The notes under the pieces: model-generated
What the model was told of the DNA's origin: nothing
The model's input: only the letters and a program-made list of their open reading frames with translations
Database searches by the model: none
Position numbers and translations under genes: made by a program
NCBI GenBank assembly: GCA_942493095.1
Contig: OW818675.1
Location: 2,160,001 to 2,192,000 of the forward strand
Length of the DNA: 32,000 bases
Reading direction: 5' to 3'
Origin: Candidatus Electronema halotolerans
GTDB lineage: Bacteria; Desulfobacterota; Desulfobulbia; Desulfobulbales; Desulfobulbaceae
Shown: piece by piece, positions 1 through 8,470 of the stretch
Layout of the letters: each line of letters opens with the position of its first letter
Position numbering within the stretch: position 1 is the stretch's first letter

Positions 1-150
1 GCTCCTGATGCCTGCTGCCACGGCGGCGCTTATCAGGCTGCCCCCTGCGCCTGCTGTCATGGCGGCGCATACCAAGCTGCTCCTGATGCCTGCTGTCATG
101 GCGGTGCCTATCAGGCTGCTCCGGCTGCCTGCTGCCACGGCGGCGAGTAA
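1..150 (+). CDS. 3' end of a putative TOMM/RiPP precursor peptide with a tandemly repeated core (start lies upstream of the window)
   Basis: Frame 1 is open from base 1 to TAA at 148-150: APDACCHGGAYQA|APCACCHGGAYQA|APDACCHGGAYQA|APAACCHGGE*. Exact 39-nt / 13-aa period (Cys-Cys codons start at 13, 52, 91, 130). Immediately upstream of ThiF-like and YcaO genes on the same strand. Confidence 0.78.
   Translation, partial: APDACCHGGAYQAAPCACCHGGAYQAAPDACCHGGAYQAAPAACCHGGE
1..150 (+). repeat. Tandem 39-bp coding repeat (3 full units plus a partial unit; more may lie upstream)
   Basis: Units at 1-39, 40-78, 79-117, 118-147; consensus peptide AP(D/C/A)ACCHGGAYQA. Confidence 0.9.
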
Positions 151-176
151 TCGTTTCAGGTTGACCTGAAACAAGA

Positions 177-207
177 AACGGGAGCCTGCCTGGAGCAGGT
201 TCCCGTT
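177..207 (+). promoter_or_regulatory. Intercistronic hairpin between precursor and modification genes (possible attenuator or processing/stability stem)
   Basis: Aacgggagcctgc (177-189) pairs with gcaggttcccgtt (195-207), ~13 bp with one G-U, loop ctgga. No U-tract follows (tgccaaaaa), so it is not a classical terminator. Confidence 0.5.
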
Positions 208-376
208 GCCAAAAAGAGGTGCGCAAAGATGCTGGCTGGCAGCAGAAGTTCTCAAGCCCGAGTCTTTGGCTGTACCGCATCCTGCGCCTGCCACCTCTGC
301 CCCCGCAGAGAATGACAGGAGGCCATCTGACGATGGCCTGCACCTCTCCCCTCAGCATACTCCCCCCGAACTCATT

Positions 377-1279
377 ATGCAAAGCACTTTTTTGCAGCTG
401 CGCCGCTGCCGCCGGATACCGGTGCAGGAAAATAAAGTCCTGCTCAAGTCGGCGGACAAGTCGCTGGCTCTTGCTGCGGACAATATTCATAACCTGCTGG
501 ACAGCCTGCTGCCTCTGCTGAACGGAACCTCCACGGAAAAAGAAGTGCTGGCCGCTCTGGTGCCGGAACTGAAGGAGGATGCGGCAGAGGTGCTCCGGCT
601 CTTGGGCAAGGAAGGCTTCTTGGAGACTGGCGCGGAACCGGCCAAGCAGCTGGCTCAGTCCCTGATTATCCTGATCAGCACTGGGCGGCTGGGTGAGACC
701 ATGTCCCGGCATCTGCGTCAATCCGGTGCGGAGCAGGTCGAGGAGATCGATGCCGAGAGCGCGGCGGGCGGGCACCTGCCTGACTCGCTGCAACAGGCAG
801 CTATGGTTGTAGTCTGCACCGACCTGCCAAGGCCCGACCTCTGCGAGGCAGTCAACAAGGCGGCCTTGACCCTCAAGCTGCCGTGGCTGCTGGTTCAGGC
901 TGACGGCAGAGACGGCTGGGTTGGGCCGCTGTTCATTCCCGGCGAGACCGGCTGCTACGACTGCCTGCGCCAACGACTGCTCTCCTGTTCAGTCAGCCCG
1001 GAGATCGACCAAGCCATCCATGCTGCCGCCCTGCGCCAGCCCTTCACGGAGAGTCTGGAACTGCTGCCGCCCTTCCTTGACCTGCTGGCAGCAATGGCTG
1101 CGCTCGAAGCCATCCGCCACCTGAGCGCAGTCAGCCCGCCGCTCACTTACAAGACCCAGATTCTGCTTGACTGCATCAGCGGCATTTCCCGCCGCGATGT
1201 GCTGCATCGGATTCCCCGTTGCCCAAGCTGCTCAACCAGCAGCGAGCAGGTCTCCCCAATCCAGCCTTTCAGCGGGTGA
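377..1279 (+). CDS. Ocin-ThiF-like / cyclodehydratase partner protein of a TOMM (azoline) biosynthesis system
   Basis: ORF track 206..1279; the likely start is the internal ATG at 377 (MQSTFLQLRRCRRIPV). Contains GCYDCLRQRLL and a C-terminal CPSC pair (Zn tetra-Cys style), VQADGRDGWVGPLFIPGETGCYDC as in ThiF-like TOMM C proteins. Adjacent to YcaO. Confidence 0.8.
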   Translation: MQSTFLQLRRCRRIPVQENKVLLKSADKSLALAADNIHNLLDSLLPLLNGTSTEKEVLAALVPELKEDAAEVLRLLGKEGFLETGAEPAKQLAQSLIILISTGRLGETMSRHLRQSGAEQVEEIDAESAAGGHLPDSLQQAAMVVVCTDLPRPDLCEAVNKAALTLKLPWLLVQADGRDGWVGPLFIPGETGCYDCLRQRLLSCSVSPEIDQAIHAAALRQPFTESLELLPPFLDLLAAMAALEAIRHLSAVSPPLTYKTQILLDCISGISRRDVLHRIPRCPSCSTSSEQVSPIQPFSG

Positions 1280-1284
1280 CTGCC

Positions 1285-2568
1285 ATGATGAGCGATTTGC
1301 AGATTGCCCCGTGGCAGCGCGGGCAGGAAACGATCTTGGATGCGTTTGTCAGCTCCCGCTTGGGGCCGGTGAAGAAGCTGCAGGAGCTGACCCGCGAGCC
1401 GGACGCGCCGGATATCTTCAGCTATGTGTCCGAGGTCTGCGACCGGACTCAGTTCCATTTTCAGCAGGGCGGCAAGGTCAGCACCGGCATTGGCATCACC
1501 CGCTTTCATGCCCGCACTGCCGCCATCGGTGAATGCTTGGAACGCTACGCGGCCAGCATGTATGACCGGGACAAGGATGTCATCCTCGCCACCTGGAAGG
1601 AAATGATTGGGCAGGGGTTGCGGACTGCCCACCCGGAGGACTTCGGCCTTTACTCGGAAGCCCAGTATCAACGGCATACGTATCTCAACCGCTTCACTGA
1701 GAACACCCGCATTGGCTGGGCCAAGGCCGTCTGCCTGACTGACAGCAATGCGGAGGTCTGGCTGCCTGCCGCCTTCGTCTTTCTGCCCTATCAGTACATG
1801 GCAGGCGAGACCCAAATCTCTTCGCAAATCTCCACTGGCCTGTCCGCCGCATTTGACTTGGACACGGCTGTCATGGGCGGCATCTGTGAGATTGTGGAGC
1901 GGGAAGCGGTGATGCTGACCTGGCTCCACCGCCTGCCCTGCCCAGAGCTGCGCTTCAGCCCGGACTGCTGGTTCAGCGAAGTGTTCCAGCAACGCTTTGC
2001 CCGCTCCGGCTTCGAGTATTATTTGTGCGAGGCTCCGGGCGACCTCGGCCTGCGCACGGTCTTTGCCATGCTGGTGGATAAGGGCCGCAAGGTGATCTCC
2101 ACTGGCTCCTCGACCAAGCCTGATGCGCAGTCAGCCGCGCTCAAGGCCCTGCTGGAGACCGTGCAGGTGCGCGAGCTGCTCCTGTCCATCCCTCGGAACA
2201 GAAAGCCGCCCAAGTTCCACTTGGAGCCGTACCAGCATCTGCCTGTTGATGAAGACCTGCTGGCCTTCTTCACCTGCAGCCAGGGCAAGGAGGCAGGCAG
2301 CAGGGAAGAGCCGCTCACGCTGGAGCACGTGCTGACCAACTGCAAGCAGGCGGGCTTGGATGTTTATGCTGCCGAGCTGACCACCCCAGACCTTGCTGAG
2401 GCGGGCCTGCATGTGGTGCGGGTGGTCATGCCGCAGACCGTGCGCCTGTACCGCGAGTTTGAGCTGCCCTATCTTGGCGGCAGGCGGCTGTACGAGGCTC
2501 CGGTCAAGCTGGGCTTCACCGCCTTGAGCGAAGAGCGGCTCAATCTCAAGCCCCATCCCTTTGGCTGA
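1285..2568 (+). CDS. YcaO-family cyclodehydratase (SagD-like)
   Basis: GKVSTGIGITRFHARTAAIGECLERYAASMYD and STGSSTKPDAQSAALKALLETVQVRELL are YcaO ATP-binding signature segments. Track start is 1219; ATG 1285 follows the upstream stop (1277-1279). C-terminus is KPHPFG. Confidence 0.92.
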   Translation: MMSDLQIAPWQRGQETILDAFVSSRLGPVKKLQELTREPDAPDIFSYVSEVCDRTQFHFQQGGKVSTGIGITRFHARTAAIGECLERYAASMYDRDKDVILATWKEMIGQGLRTAHPEDFGLYSEAQYQRHTYLNRFTENTRIGWAKAVCLTDSNAEVWLPAAFVFLPYQYMAGETQISSQISTGLSAAFDLDTAVMGGICEIVEREAVMLTWLHRLPCPELRFSPDCWFSEVFQQRFARSGFEYYLCEAPGDLGLRTVFAMLVDKGRKVISTGSSTKPDAQSAALKALLETVQVRELLLSIPRNRKPPKFHLEPYQHLPVDEDLLAFFTCSQGKEAGSREEPLTLEHVLTNCKQAGLDVYAAELTTPDLAEAGLHVVRVVMPQTVRLYREFELPYLGGRRLYEAPVKLGFTALSEERLNLKPHPFG

Positions 2569-2572
2569 CCGC

Positions 2573-3793
2573 ATGAATACTCTCCCGACACTGGCCCGCA
2601 ACCATCGCTTCTGGCTCTTCTGGGGCGGCCAGTCGCTCTCCAAGATCGGCGACAAGCTCCACTACATCGCCCTGCTTTGGTTTGTGGTCAACCGCACCAA
2701 CTCCGGCCTGGCTATGGGCGGGGTTTTGCTTGCCACCGCCCTGCCGCTGGTCCTCTGCGCACCCAAGACCGGCGAGCTGATCGACCGCTGGAACCGGAAA
2801 TGGCTGCTGGCAGGAGCTGATCTGCTCCGGGCTGTGGCAGCCTTCGGCATCGGCTGGGTCACTGCTGGCAAGGGAACAGTCAACTATCCCCTGCTCTTAG
2901 TGCTGACCGCCCTGATGGCCACGGGCACGGCCTTGTTCCAGCCTGCCCTCAACGCCCTGCTGCCCTGGCTGGTGCGGCAGGAAGACCTGCTGCGGGCCAA
3001 CTCAGTCAACGAGAGTTCAACTCAGCTTGCAGGCTTGGCCGGGCCAGTGCTGGCAGGCGTGTTCCTCACCTTTGCCGAGCCGCACATCGTCTTTTATCTC
3101 AACGGCCTGTCCTTCCTGATCGGCGCACTGGCAGTGCTGCCTTTGTCCGTGCCTCCGCCCAAGGCCGCAGCCACCAAGGCAGGCGACTTCCGGGAAGGGC
3201 TGCGCTGGCTGCTGGATCAGCCCAGCCTGCGTGACTTTGCTGTCACCTTTGCCCTGCTCAACTTCGCGGTCAGCTTCATGGAAGTCTATATTCCCTTTCT
3301 CAACAAGGACTGCTTCGGCGGCGGGCCAAAGGAGCTGGGCCTGATTTTCAGCGCCATCTTTGCGGGCGGCCTGCTGGCCTCGCTCGGCCTGATGGTGAAG
3401 AAGGACGTGAGCCAGCCGCAGAAGGTGATCGGCGGCAGCATCAGCCTGATGGGCCTGGCCTTTGCCGCCATCTTTTTCTTCCGCCAGCAGCAGGCCGCCC
3501 TTTGCCTCTTTCTGGTGATCGGCCTTGGCTGGGGAACCTTTGGCAGCTGCTTCCGGGTCTTTGTCCAGAAGAACGTGGAAGACCAGCGGCGGGGCCGGGT
3601 CTTTGCCCTGATCAGCGCACTTGCCAACACCATGATGCCGCTGGCATACAGCCTTGCCGGGCTGATGACCAGCATTCTGCCCGTCTATCCCGCTTTCCTG
3701 CTTGGCGGCCTGCTGACCTTAGCCAGCGGCTTATATTTATACTCAAGGAGATGCCATCATGCCGACCGTCAATGTCAGGCTCAGTCTGCCTGA
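2573..3793 (+). CDS. MFS-family transporter (putative exporter of the modified peptide)
   Basis: Multiple hydrophobic segments; MNTLPTLARNHRFWLFWGGQSLSKIGDKLHYIALLWFVVNRTNSGLAMGG is typical of MFS N-termini. ATG 2573 is 4 nt after the YcaO stop. Confidence 0.85.
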   Translation: MNTLPTLARNHRFWLFWGGQSLSKIGDKLHYIALLWFVVNRTNSGLAMGGVLLATALPLVLCAPKTGELIDRWNRKWLLAGADLLRAVAAFGIGWVTAGKGTVNYPLLLVLTALMATGTALFQPALNALLPWLVRQEDLLRANSVNESSTQLAGLAGPVLAGVFLTFAEPHIVFYLNGLSFLIGALAVLPLSVPPPKAAATKAGDFREGLRWLLDQPSLRDFAVTFALLNFAVSFMEVYIPFLNKDCFGGGPKELGLIFSAIFAGGLLASLGLMVKKDVSQPQKVIGGSISLMGLAFAAIFFFRQQQAALCLFLVIGLGWGTFGSCFRVFVQKNVEDQRRGRVFALISALANTMMPLAYSLAGLMTSILPVYPAFLLGGLLTLASGLYLYSRRCHHADRQCQAQSA

Positions 3794-4421
3794 AGACAGC
3801 CTGTCCGAGCTGCTGCATAGCGAAACCAAGCTCACGCCGTATCAGCTCCGGCAGTGGCAGTACCAGCAGCCGCCCGTGAGCGAGCATCCGGCCATTGCCA
3901 AGTGGATGCAGGCACCGTTCAAGGAGTATCTTTCCCTGCCGCAGATTGCCCTGCCACCACCTGCGCCTGCGCCAACCGGCAAGCTGGATGCGGCCTGCCT
4001 TGCCGCTCTGCTCCAGCAGCCTGCGGAGATCAGCTCGCTCGAATGCTACCTGTTAGCCACCGAGCTGGACGGCATTGCCCCCGGTCTGCACCATTACAAC
4101 AAGCGCACGCACTGTCTGGAGACCTTTTCGGACAGCCCTGCGCCTGCCCAGCCGCTCCGGCAGCAGATGCCCGACAACGTGGCCGGGCTGCTCATCGTCA
4201 CAGGTGTGCTGACCCGGATGCGCCTCAAGCACGGCGAGCGCGGCTACAGGTATATGCTCTTTGAGGCAGGCCGGGTGCAGGAGCGGCTGCTGACTGCTGC
4301 GGCAGTCCTGCGCCTCTCTGTGGAGCTGCTGCCGGACTTCTTTGACGATGCGGTCAATGCGCTGCTTGGTGTGGATGGGGTGGAGGAGTCGGCACTCTTT
4401 CTCGCCGGGCTGCGGCGGTGA
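3759..4421 (+). CDS. SagB-type dehydrogenase-like protein (short, possibly degenerate)
   Basis: LPPPAPAP...SSLECYLLATELDGIAPGLHHYNKRTHCLE resembles SagB/ThcOx proteins (LPPP..., ...LExYLVxxxVEGLxPGLYHYxxxxHxLE). Start overlaps the MFS gene. Confidence 0.65.
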   Translation: MPTVNVRLSLPEDSLSELLHSETKLTPYQLRQWQYQQPPVSEHPAIAKWMQAPFKEYLSLPQIALPPPAPAPTGKLDAACLAALLQQPAEISSLECYLLATELDGIAPGLHHYNKRTHCLETFSDSPAPAQPLRQQMPDNVAGLLIVTGVLTRMRLKHGERGYRYMLFEAGRVQERLLTAAAVLRLSVELLPDFFDDAVNALLGVDGVEESALFLAGLRR

Positions 4422-4489
4422 GGGCACTGAGACAACTCACAACACATTTACTTGAAATAAAAAATATAACTTCTGTCGAGACACCTGTC

Positions 4490-6535
4490 ATGCATAACAT
4501 CTCAGGAAAGAAAGTACTCAGCACCATTGCTCTTGCAGCAGCAATGCTTCCGCAGACAGTGCGGGCATCTTCTTCGGAAAACAGCGAACAGAGCATCATG
4601 CTGGAGGAAATCACGGTCAAGGGCGAGGCGATCACCTCGGTTGACCAGCCCGCCACTGTCAATGTGATTGGCCCGGACGAAATTCAGGAGGTCAAACTCT
4701 CCCAGCCCGAAAAAATTCTTGAGGAGGTGCCGGGGATCGAAATCCACCGCTACGGCATGGGCGGGGTGGCCAATGAGTTTGCCATCCGGGGCTTTCATAA
4801 TGCCGGGCACGGCGGCGATGCTGCCATTGCGGTTGATGGCATTCTCCTCAATGAAGGGGAATCCCATGCTGACGGTTACGCAGACATGAATGTGATCATT
4901 CCCTTGGAGCTTGACCGGGTGGAGGTCTTCAAGGGGCCATCCTCACCGCTGTTCGGCAATTTCGCCCGAGGCGGAGCTATATCCTTCCACACTCGCAAGA
5001 CAGGAGAATACAATACGTTCCAAACTACAGGCGGCTCCTACGATTCCTACGATGTGCAGCATGTCTTTGGCCATGCTCTCAGCGACAGGCTCCAGCTCAA
5101 CACCGCCCTTCAATATTCTTCCACGGGCGGCTATCAGGACAACTCCTCGTGGCAGCGTGGCAACTTCAGCGGCCGACTGGGCTGGCAGGCAAGCCCGGAG
5201 TTTGATGCTGCGCTTTCTCTGCGGGTGCACAGCTCGACATGGGATGCGCCCGGATATATCCCGAAAGCGCAGTTTGAGGATGAGGATGCAGCCCGGCATC
5301 AGGCAGTCAATGCCGAGGATGACGGCGGCGACAAAGCCTTCACCACCCAGCGGCTTGATCTGGGCTGTAACTTGGACAAGAACCAGCGCATCCTTGCCTG
5401 GACCTACTCCACCCAGCAGGACTTCACCCGCTTTGCCAAATTCGGCTACGACCCCGGCGGGCAGACAGAACGGTTTTATGACCGCATGGTCTATGGCGCC
5501 GGGACAAGCTACAACTTTGAAGGCAGCTATGCTGACCGGAAACTGAACGGTGTTGCCGGGCTGGAGTATCTGCACGAAGACACGGACTGGGAGCGGTATG
5601 ACACGGCCAACCGGGTCCGCACCAAGCAGACGCAGGACCGCAATTTCATCATCAACACCCTGTCTTTGTTTGGCCAGATGGATTATGCCCTGCATCCGCT
5701 CTTTGAGCCTTGGGTCGGGCTGCGCTACGATGCCTTTTCCGGCGACTATGAAAATCGGGATCCCGATGCGGTGCCATTCACTGCGGACATGAATGACTAC
5801 GATCACCTCAGTCCGAAGATCGGCTTTCTCAGCAGCCTGACTGATGCCTTGGAGCTGCGGGCCAGTTACAGCCAGGGCTTTGCCCTGCCCTCTGACGTGC
5901 TCAAGTACAACTCGGCAGCCGGAGACACCGCCACTACAGTGCATCAGTATGAAACCGGGCTGCGCTTCGAGCCGGGCGATCTGCTCACCAGCGATCTGGC
6001 CCTGTTCCTGATTGACACCGAAGATGAGATTCAGGAATATCCTTCCGACTCAGGCAGCTATGTCAATCTAGGAGAAACTCGGCGGGAAGGCATGGAGCTG
6101 TCCGCAACCCTGCGTCCGGGCTGGCCCGGCTTTGAGCTGTTCGGCGATCTGACCGTGATCAGCACAGAGATCACCAGCAACCCGGATGCGGCCATGATCG
6201 GCAAGGAAGTCACCGGGGTGCCTGACTACACCAGCAATCTCGGCATCCGTTACCGGGCTGCTTCCGGCTGCAATGGCCGGATCAAGTGGCGGCATGTTGA
6301 CAGCTATTTTGTTGACGACAGCAATACCGCCTCCTATGACGGCTATGACGTGACCGACGCATCTCTCGGCTATGAAGGAAAAACCGGCAACGGCACAGGC
6401 TGGCGGGTCAATCTGGATATCGACAATCTCTTTGACGAGCATTACAGCCAGGCTGTCTGGAGCGGCTACGACACCACCAACTATGCGGTCAGTCCGGGGC
6501 GGACCTTCTGGCTGCGCTTGACGCTGGATATGTGA
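4490..6535 (+). CDS. TonB-dependent outer-membrane receptor 1
   Basis: Signal-like MHNISGKKVLSTIALAAAMLPQTVRA; plug domain ILEEVPGIEIHRYG...IRGFHNAGHGG...VAVDGILLNEG...LDRVEVFKGPSSPLFGNFARGGAI; C-terminal aromatic beta-strand LRLTLDM. Track start is 4418; ATG at 4490 preferred. Confidence 0.92.
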   Translation: MHNISGKKVLSTIALAAAMLPQTVRASSSENSEQSIMLEEITVKGEAITSVDQPATVNVIGPDEIQEVKLSQPEKILEEVPGIEIHRYGMGGVANEFAIRGFHNAGHGGDAAIAVDGILLNEGESHADGYADMNVIIPLELDRVEVFKGPSSPLFGNFARGGAISFHTRKTGEYNTFQTTGGSYDSYDVQHVFGHALSDRLQLNTALQYSSTGGYQDNSSWQRGNFSGRLGWQASPEFDAALSLRVHSSTWDAPGYIPKAQFEDEDAARHQAVNAEDDGGDKAFTTQRLDLGCNLDKNQRILAWTYSTQQDFTRFAKFGYDPGGQTERFYDRMVYGAGTSYNFEGSYADRKLNGVAGLEYLHEDTDWERYDTANRVRTKQTQDRNFIINTLSLFGQMDYALHPLFEPWVGLRYDAFSGDYENRDPDAVPFTADMNDYDHLSPKIGFLSSLTDALELRASYSQGFALPSDVLKYNSAAGDTATTVHQYETGLRFEPGDLLTSDLALFLIDTEDEIQEYPSDSGSYVNLGETRREGMELSATLRPGWPGFELFGDLTVISTEITSNPDAAMIGKEVTGVPDYTSNLGIRYRAASGCNGRIKWRHVDSYFVDDSNTASYDGYDVTDASLGYEGKTGNGTGWRVNLDIDNLFDEHYSQAVWSGYDTTNYAVSPGRTFWLRLTLDM

Positions 6536-6630
6536 ACGAGGCAGGGGGGCCTATGCCTTGAGCACCTCCTCAATAATTTCCTGTCATGCGCTGATTGTTG
6601 AAAGATCGCAGACCTCAGTCTGGCTTCTGA

Positions 6631-6768
6631 AATGCACGCTTTCGCAGCTCACGAATGCATGGTTTCGCATCTATCGAATGCATGCATTCGTGCCAATCGA
6701 ATGGGTGCATTCGTACCGATCAAATGCACGCAGTTATATGTTACGAATGCATGGTTTCATGTGCAGGA
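6631..6768. repeat. Six tandem 23-bp units in an intergenic region
   Basis: AATG anchors at 6631, 6654, 6677, 6700, 6723, 6746 (exact 23-bp spacing). Units include AATGCATGGTTTCGCATCTATCG and AATGCATGCATTCGTGCCAATCG; a perfect 16-bp palindrome CGAATGCATGCATTCG lies at 6675-6690. Confidence 0.85.
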
Positions 6769-6841
6769 AAACCGGCTGGCCGGGTGCGCCCGGCTCTGCC
6801 CCGCTGTCCTGCAAAATATCTGCTGGAATATTTACAACATC

Positions 6842-8470
6842 ATGAGCAAGAGCTTCATTACGAAATCCCTGATCCCGTTGCAATGGCTGGCAATCCTGCT
6901 CCTGTTTCTTCTGGTCAGCTGTGACCAGCCGGACAAGTCGGCAAAGCAGACTGCAGCCGCGCAGCATCCTGAGACCTTGGTCTTGGCCATCGGCGGCGAG
7001 GAGGAGCAGGGCTATGATCCGACTATGGGCTGGGGCCGCTACGGTTCCCCGCTCTTTCACTCCACCCTGCTCCGCTACAACGACGCGCTGAAGATCGAAG
7101 ACGATCTGGCCACAGGCTACACGGTCAGCGAAGACCGGCTCACGTGGACTGCGGATATCCGCCCGGATGCCCGCTTCTCTGATGACACCCCGGTGACAGC
7201 CGAGGATGTGGCCTACACCTTCAACACGGCCAAGAAGTCGGGCGGCTTGGTTGATCTGCATTTTCTCACCCAAGCTGAGGCGGTGGGCGGGCACCGGGTC
7301 GTCTTTCATCTCAGCAAGCCGCAGTCAACCTTCATCCACCGGCTGCGCACCTTGGGCATCGTGCCGAAACACGCGCACGGCAAGGACTACGGGCGGCATC
7401 CCATTGGTTCCGGCCCGTACAAGATGGTGCGCTGGGATGAGGGCCAGCAGCTTGTTGTTGAGGCCAATCCCCTCTACTACGGAAAAAAGCCTGCCATTCA
7501 GCGGCTGGCCTTTCTCTTTCTTGACCAAGACACCGCCTTTGCCGCAGCTCAGGCAGGGACAGTCCAGATGGCGGCGGTGCCGCAGATTCTGGCGGACAAG
7601 GAGGTTCCAGGGATGCGCCTGGTGCGCGTCACCAGTGTGGACAACCGGGGCATCATGTTTCCCTGTCAACCGGCAACTCATGCGGACTACAAGGGAAAGC
7701 CTGTGGGCAATGATGTCACGGCTGATCCTGCCATCCGCCAGGCAATCAACTATGCCATTGACCGGCAGGCGCTGGTGCAGGGAGTGCTGAACGGCTTCGG
7801 CACCCCGGCTTACGGTTCGGTCAGTCATCTGCCGTGGGAGGAATCGGCAACCCGGTTCAAGGATCATGATCTGGACAAGGCCGCAGCCCTGCTCAAGGCC
7901 GCAGGCTGGGAAGATCATGATCAGGACGGCATTGTGGACAAAGACGGGGTGGCAGCCACGTTCACTCTTCTGTATCCCGCTGACCGGCTGATCCGCCAGT
8001 CTTTAGCCTTGGCAGTGGCGGACATGCTGGCTCCGCTCGGCATCCGCTTGGAGCTGTCCGGCAAAAGCTGGGAGGAAATCCAGAAGGTCCAGCATGCCCA
8101 GGCTGTGCTCTTCGGCTGGGGCAGCCATGATCCGACCGAGATGTACAATCTCTTTTACAGCCAAGTTGCCGGGCAGGGCTATTTCAATCCCGGCTTCTAC
8201 AGCAACCCCAAGGTCGATGCATATTTGGAGCAGGCCATGTCTGCCGCCTCGCCGGAAGAGGCCACGAAATACTGGCGGGCCGTGCAGTGGGACGGCAGCA
8301 CCGGGGTTGCCGCGCAGGGCGATGCGCCGTGGGCCTGGTTAGTCAATCTTGACCACACCTATCTGGTCGATCAGCGGCTTGATGTTGGCACCTCCAGAGT
8401 GGAGCCGCACGGCCACGGCTGGCCGATCACCGCAAACATCACAGAATGGCGATGGAAGGAGGTGCCATGA
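6842..8470 (+). CDS. ABC transporter substrate-binding lipoprotein, peptide/nickel (SBP family 5) type
   Basis: Lipobox LLFLLVSC after MSKSFITKSLIPLQWLAI; body contains WTADIRPDARFSDDTPVTAEDVAYTFN, GSGPYKMVRWDEGQQL, DPAIRQAINYAIDRQALVQGVLNG. Track start 6632 lies inside the 23-bp repeats. Confidence 0.9.
   Translation: MSKSFITKSLIPLQWLAILLLFLLVSCDQPDKSAKQTAAAQHPETLVLAIGGEEEQGYDPTMGWGRYGSPLFHSTLLRYNDALKIEDDLATGYTVSEDRLTWTADIRPDARFSDDTPVTAEDVAYTFNTAKKSGGLVDLHFLTQAEAVGGHRVVFHLSKPQSTFIHRLRTLGIVPKHAHGKDYGRHPIGSGPYKMVRWDEGQQLVVEANPLYYGKKPAIQRLAFLFLDQDTAFAAAQAGTVQMAAVPQILADKEVPGMRLVRVTSVDNRGIMFPCQPATHADYKGKPVGNDVTADPAIRQAINYAIDRQALVQGVLNGFGTPAYGSVSHLPWEESATRFKDHDLDKAAALLKAAGWEDHDQDGIVDKDGVAATFTLLYPADRLIRQSLALAVADMLAPLGIRLELSGKSWEEIQKVQHAQAVLFGWGSHDPTEMYNLFYSQVAGQGYFNPGFYSNPKVDAYLEQAMSAASPEEATKYWRAVQWDGSTGVAAQGDAPWAWLVNLDHTYLVDQRLDVGTSRVEPHGHGWPITANITEWRWKEVP

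Noticed and set aside
177-207. Rho-independent terminator after the precursor
   Set aside because: Good stem but no U-tract on either strand flank in the correct position for the + transcript; kept only as a possible attenuator or stability hairpin.
1147-2655. Large minus-strand ORFs (1147..1992, 2131..2655) opposite the YcaO gene
   Set aside because: They are shadow frames antisense to a strongly supported YcaO coding sequence.
6631-6768. CRISPR array
   Set aside because: Units are contiguous 23-bp degenerate repeats with no distinct spacers of regular length, and no cas genes are present.
6632-6841. N-terminal extension of the SBP through the 23-bp repeats (MHAFAAHECMVSHLSN...)
   Set aside because: The repeat period is not a multiple of 3, and a proper lipoprotein signal starts at ATG 6842.
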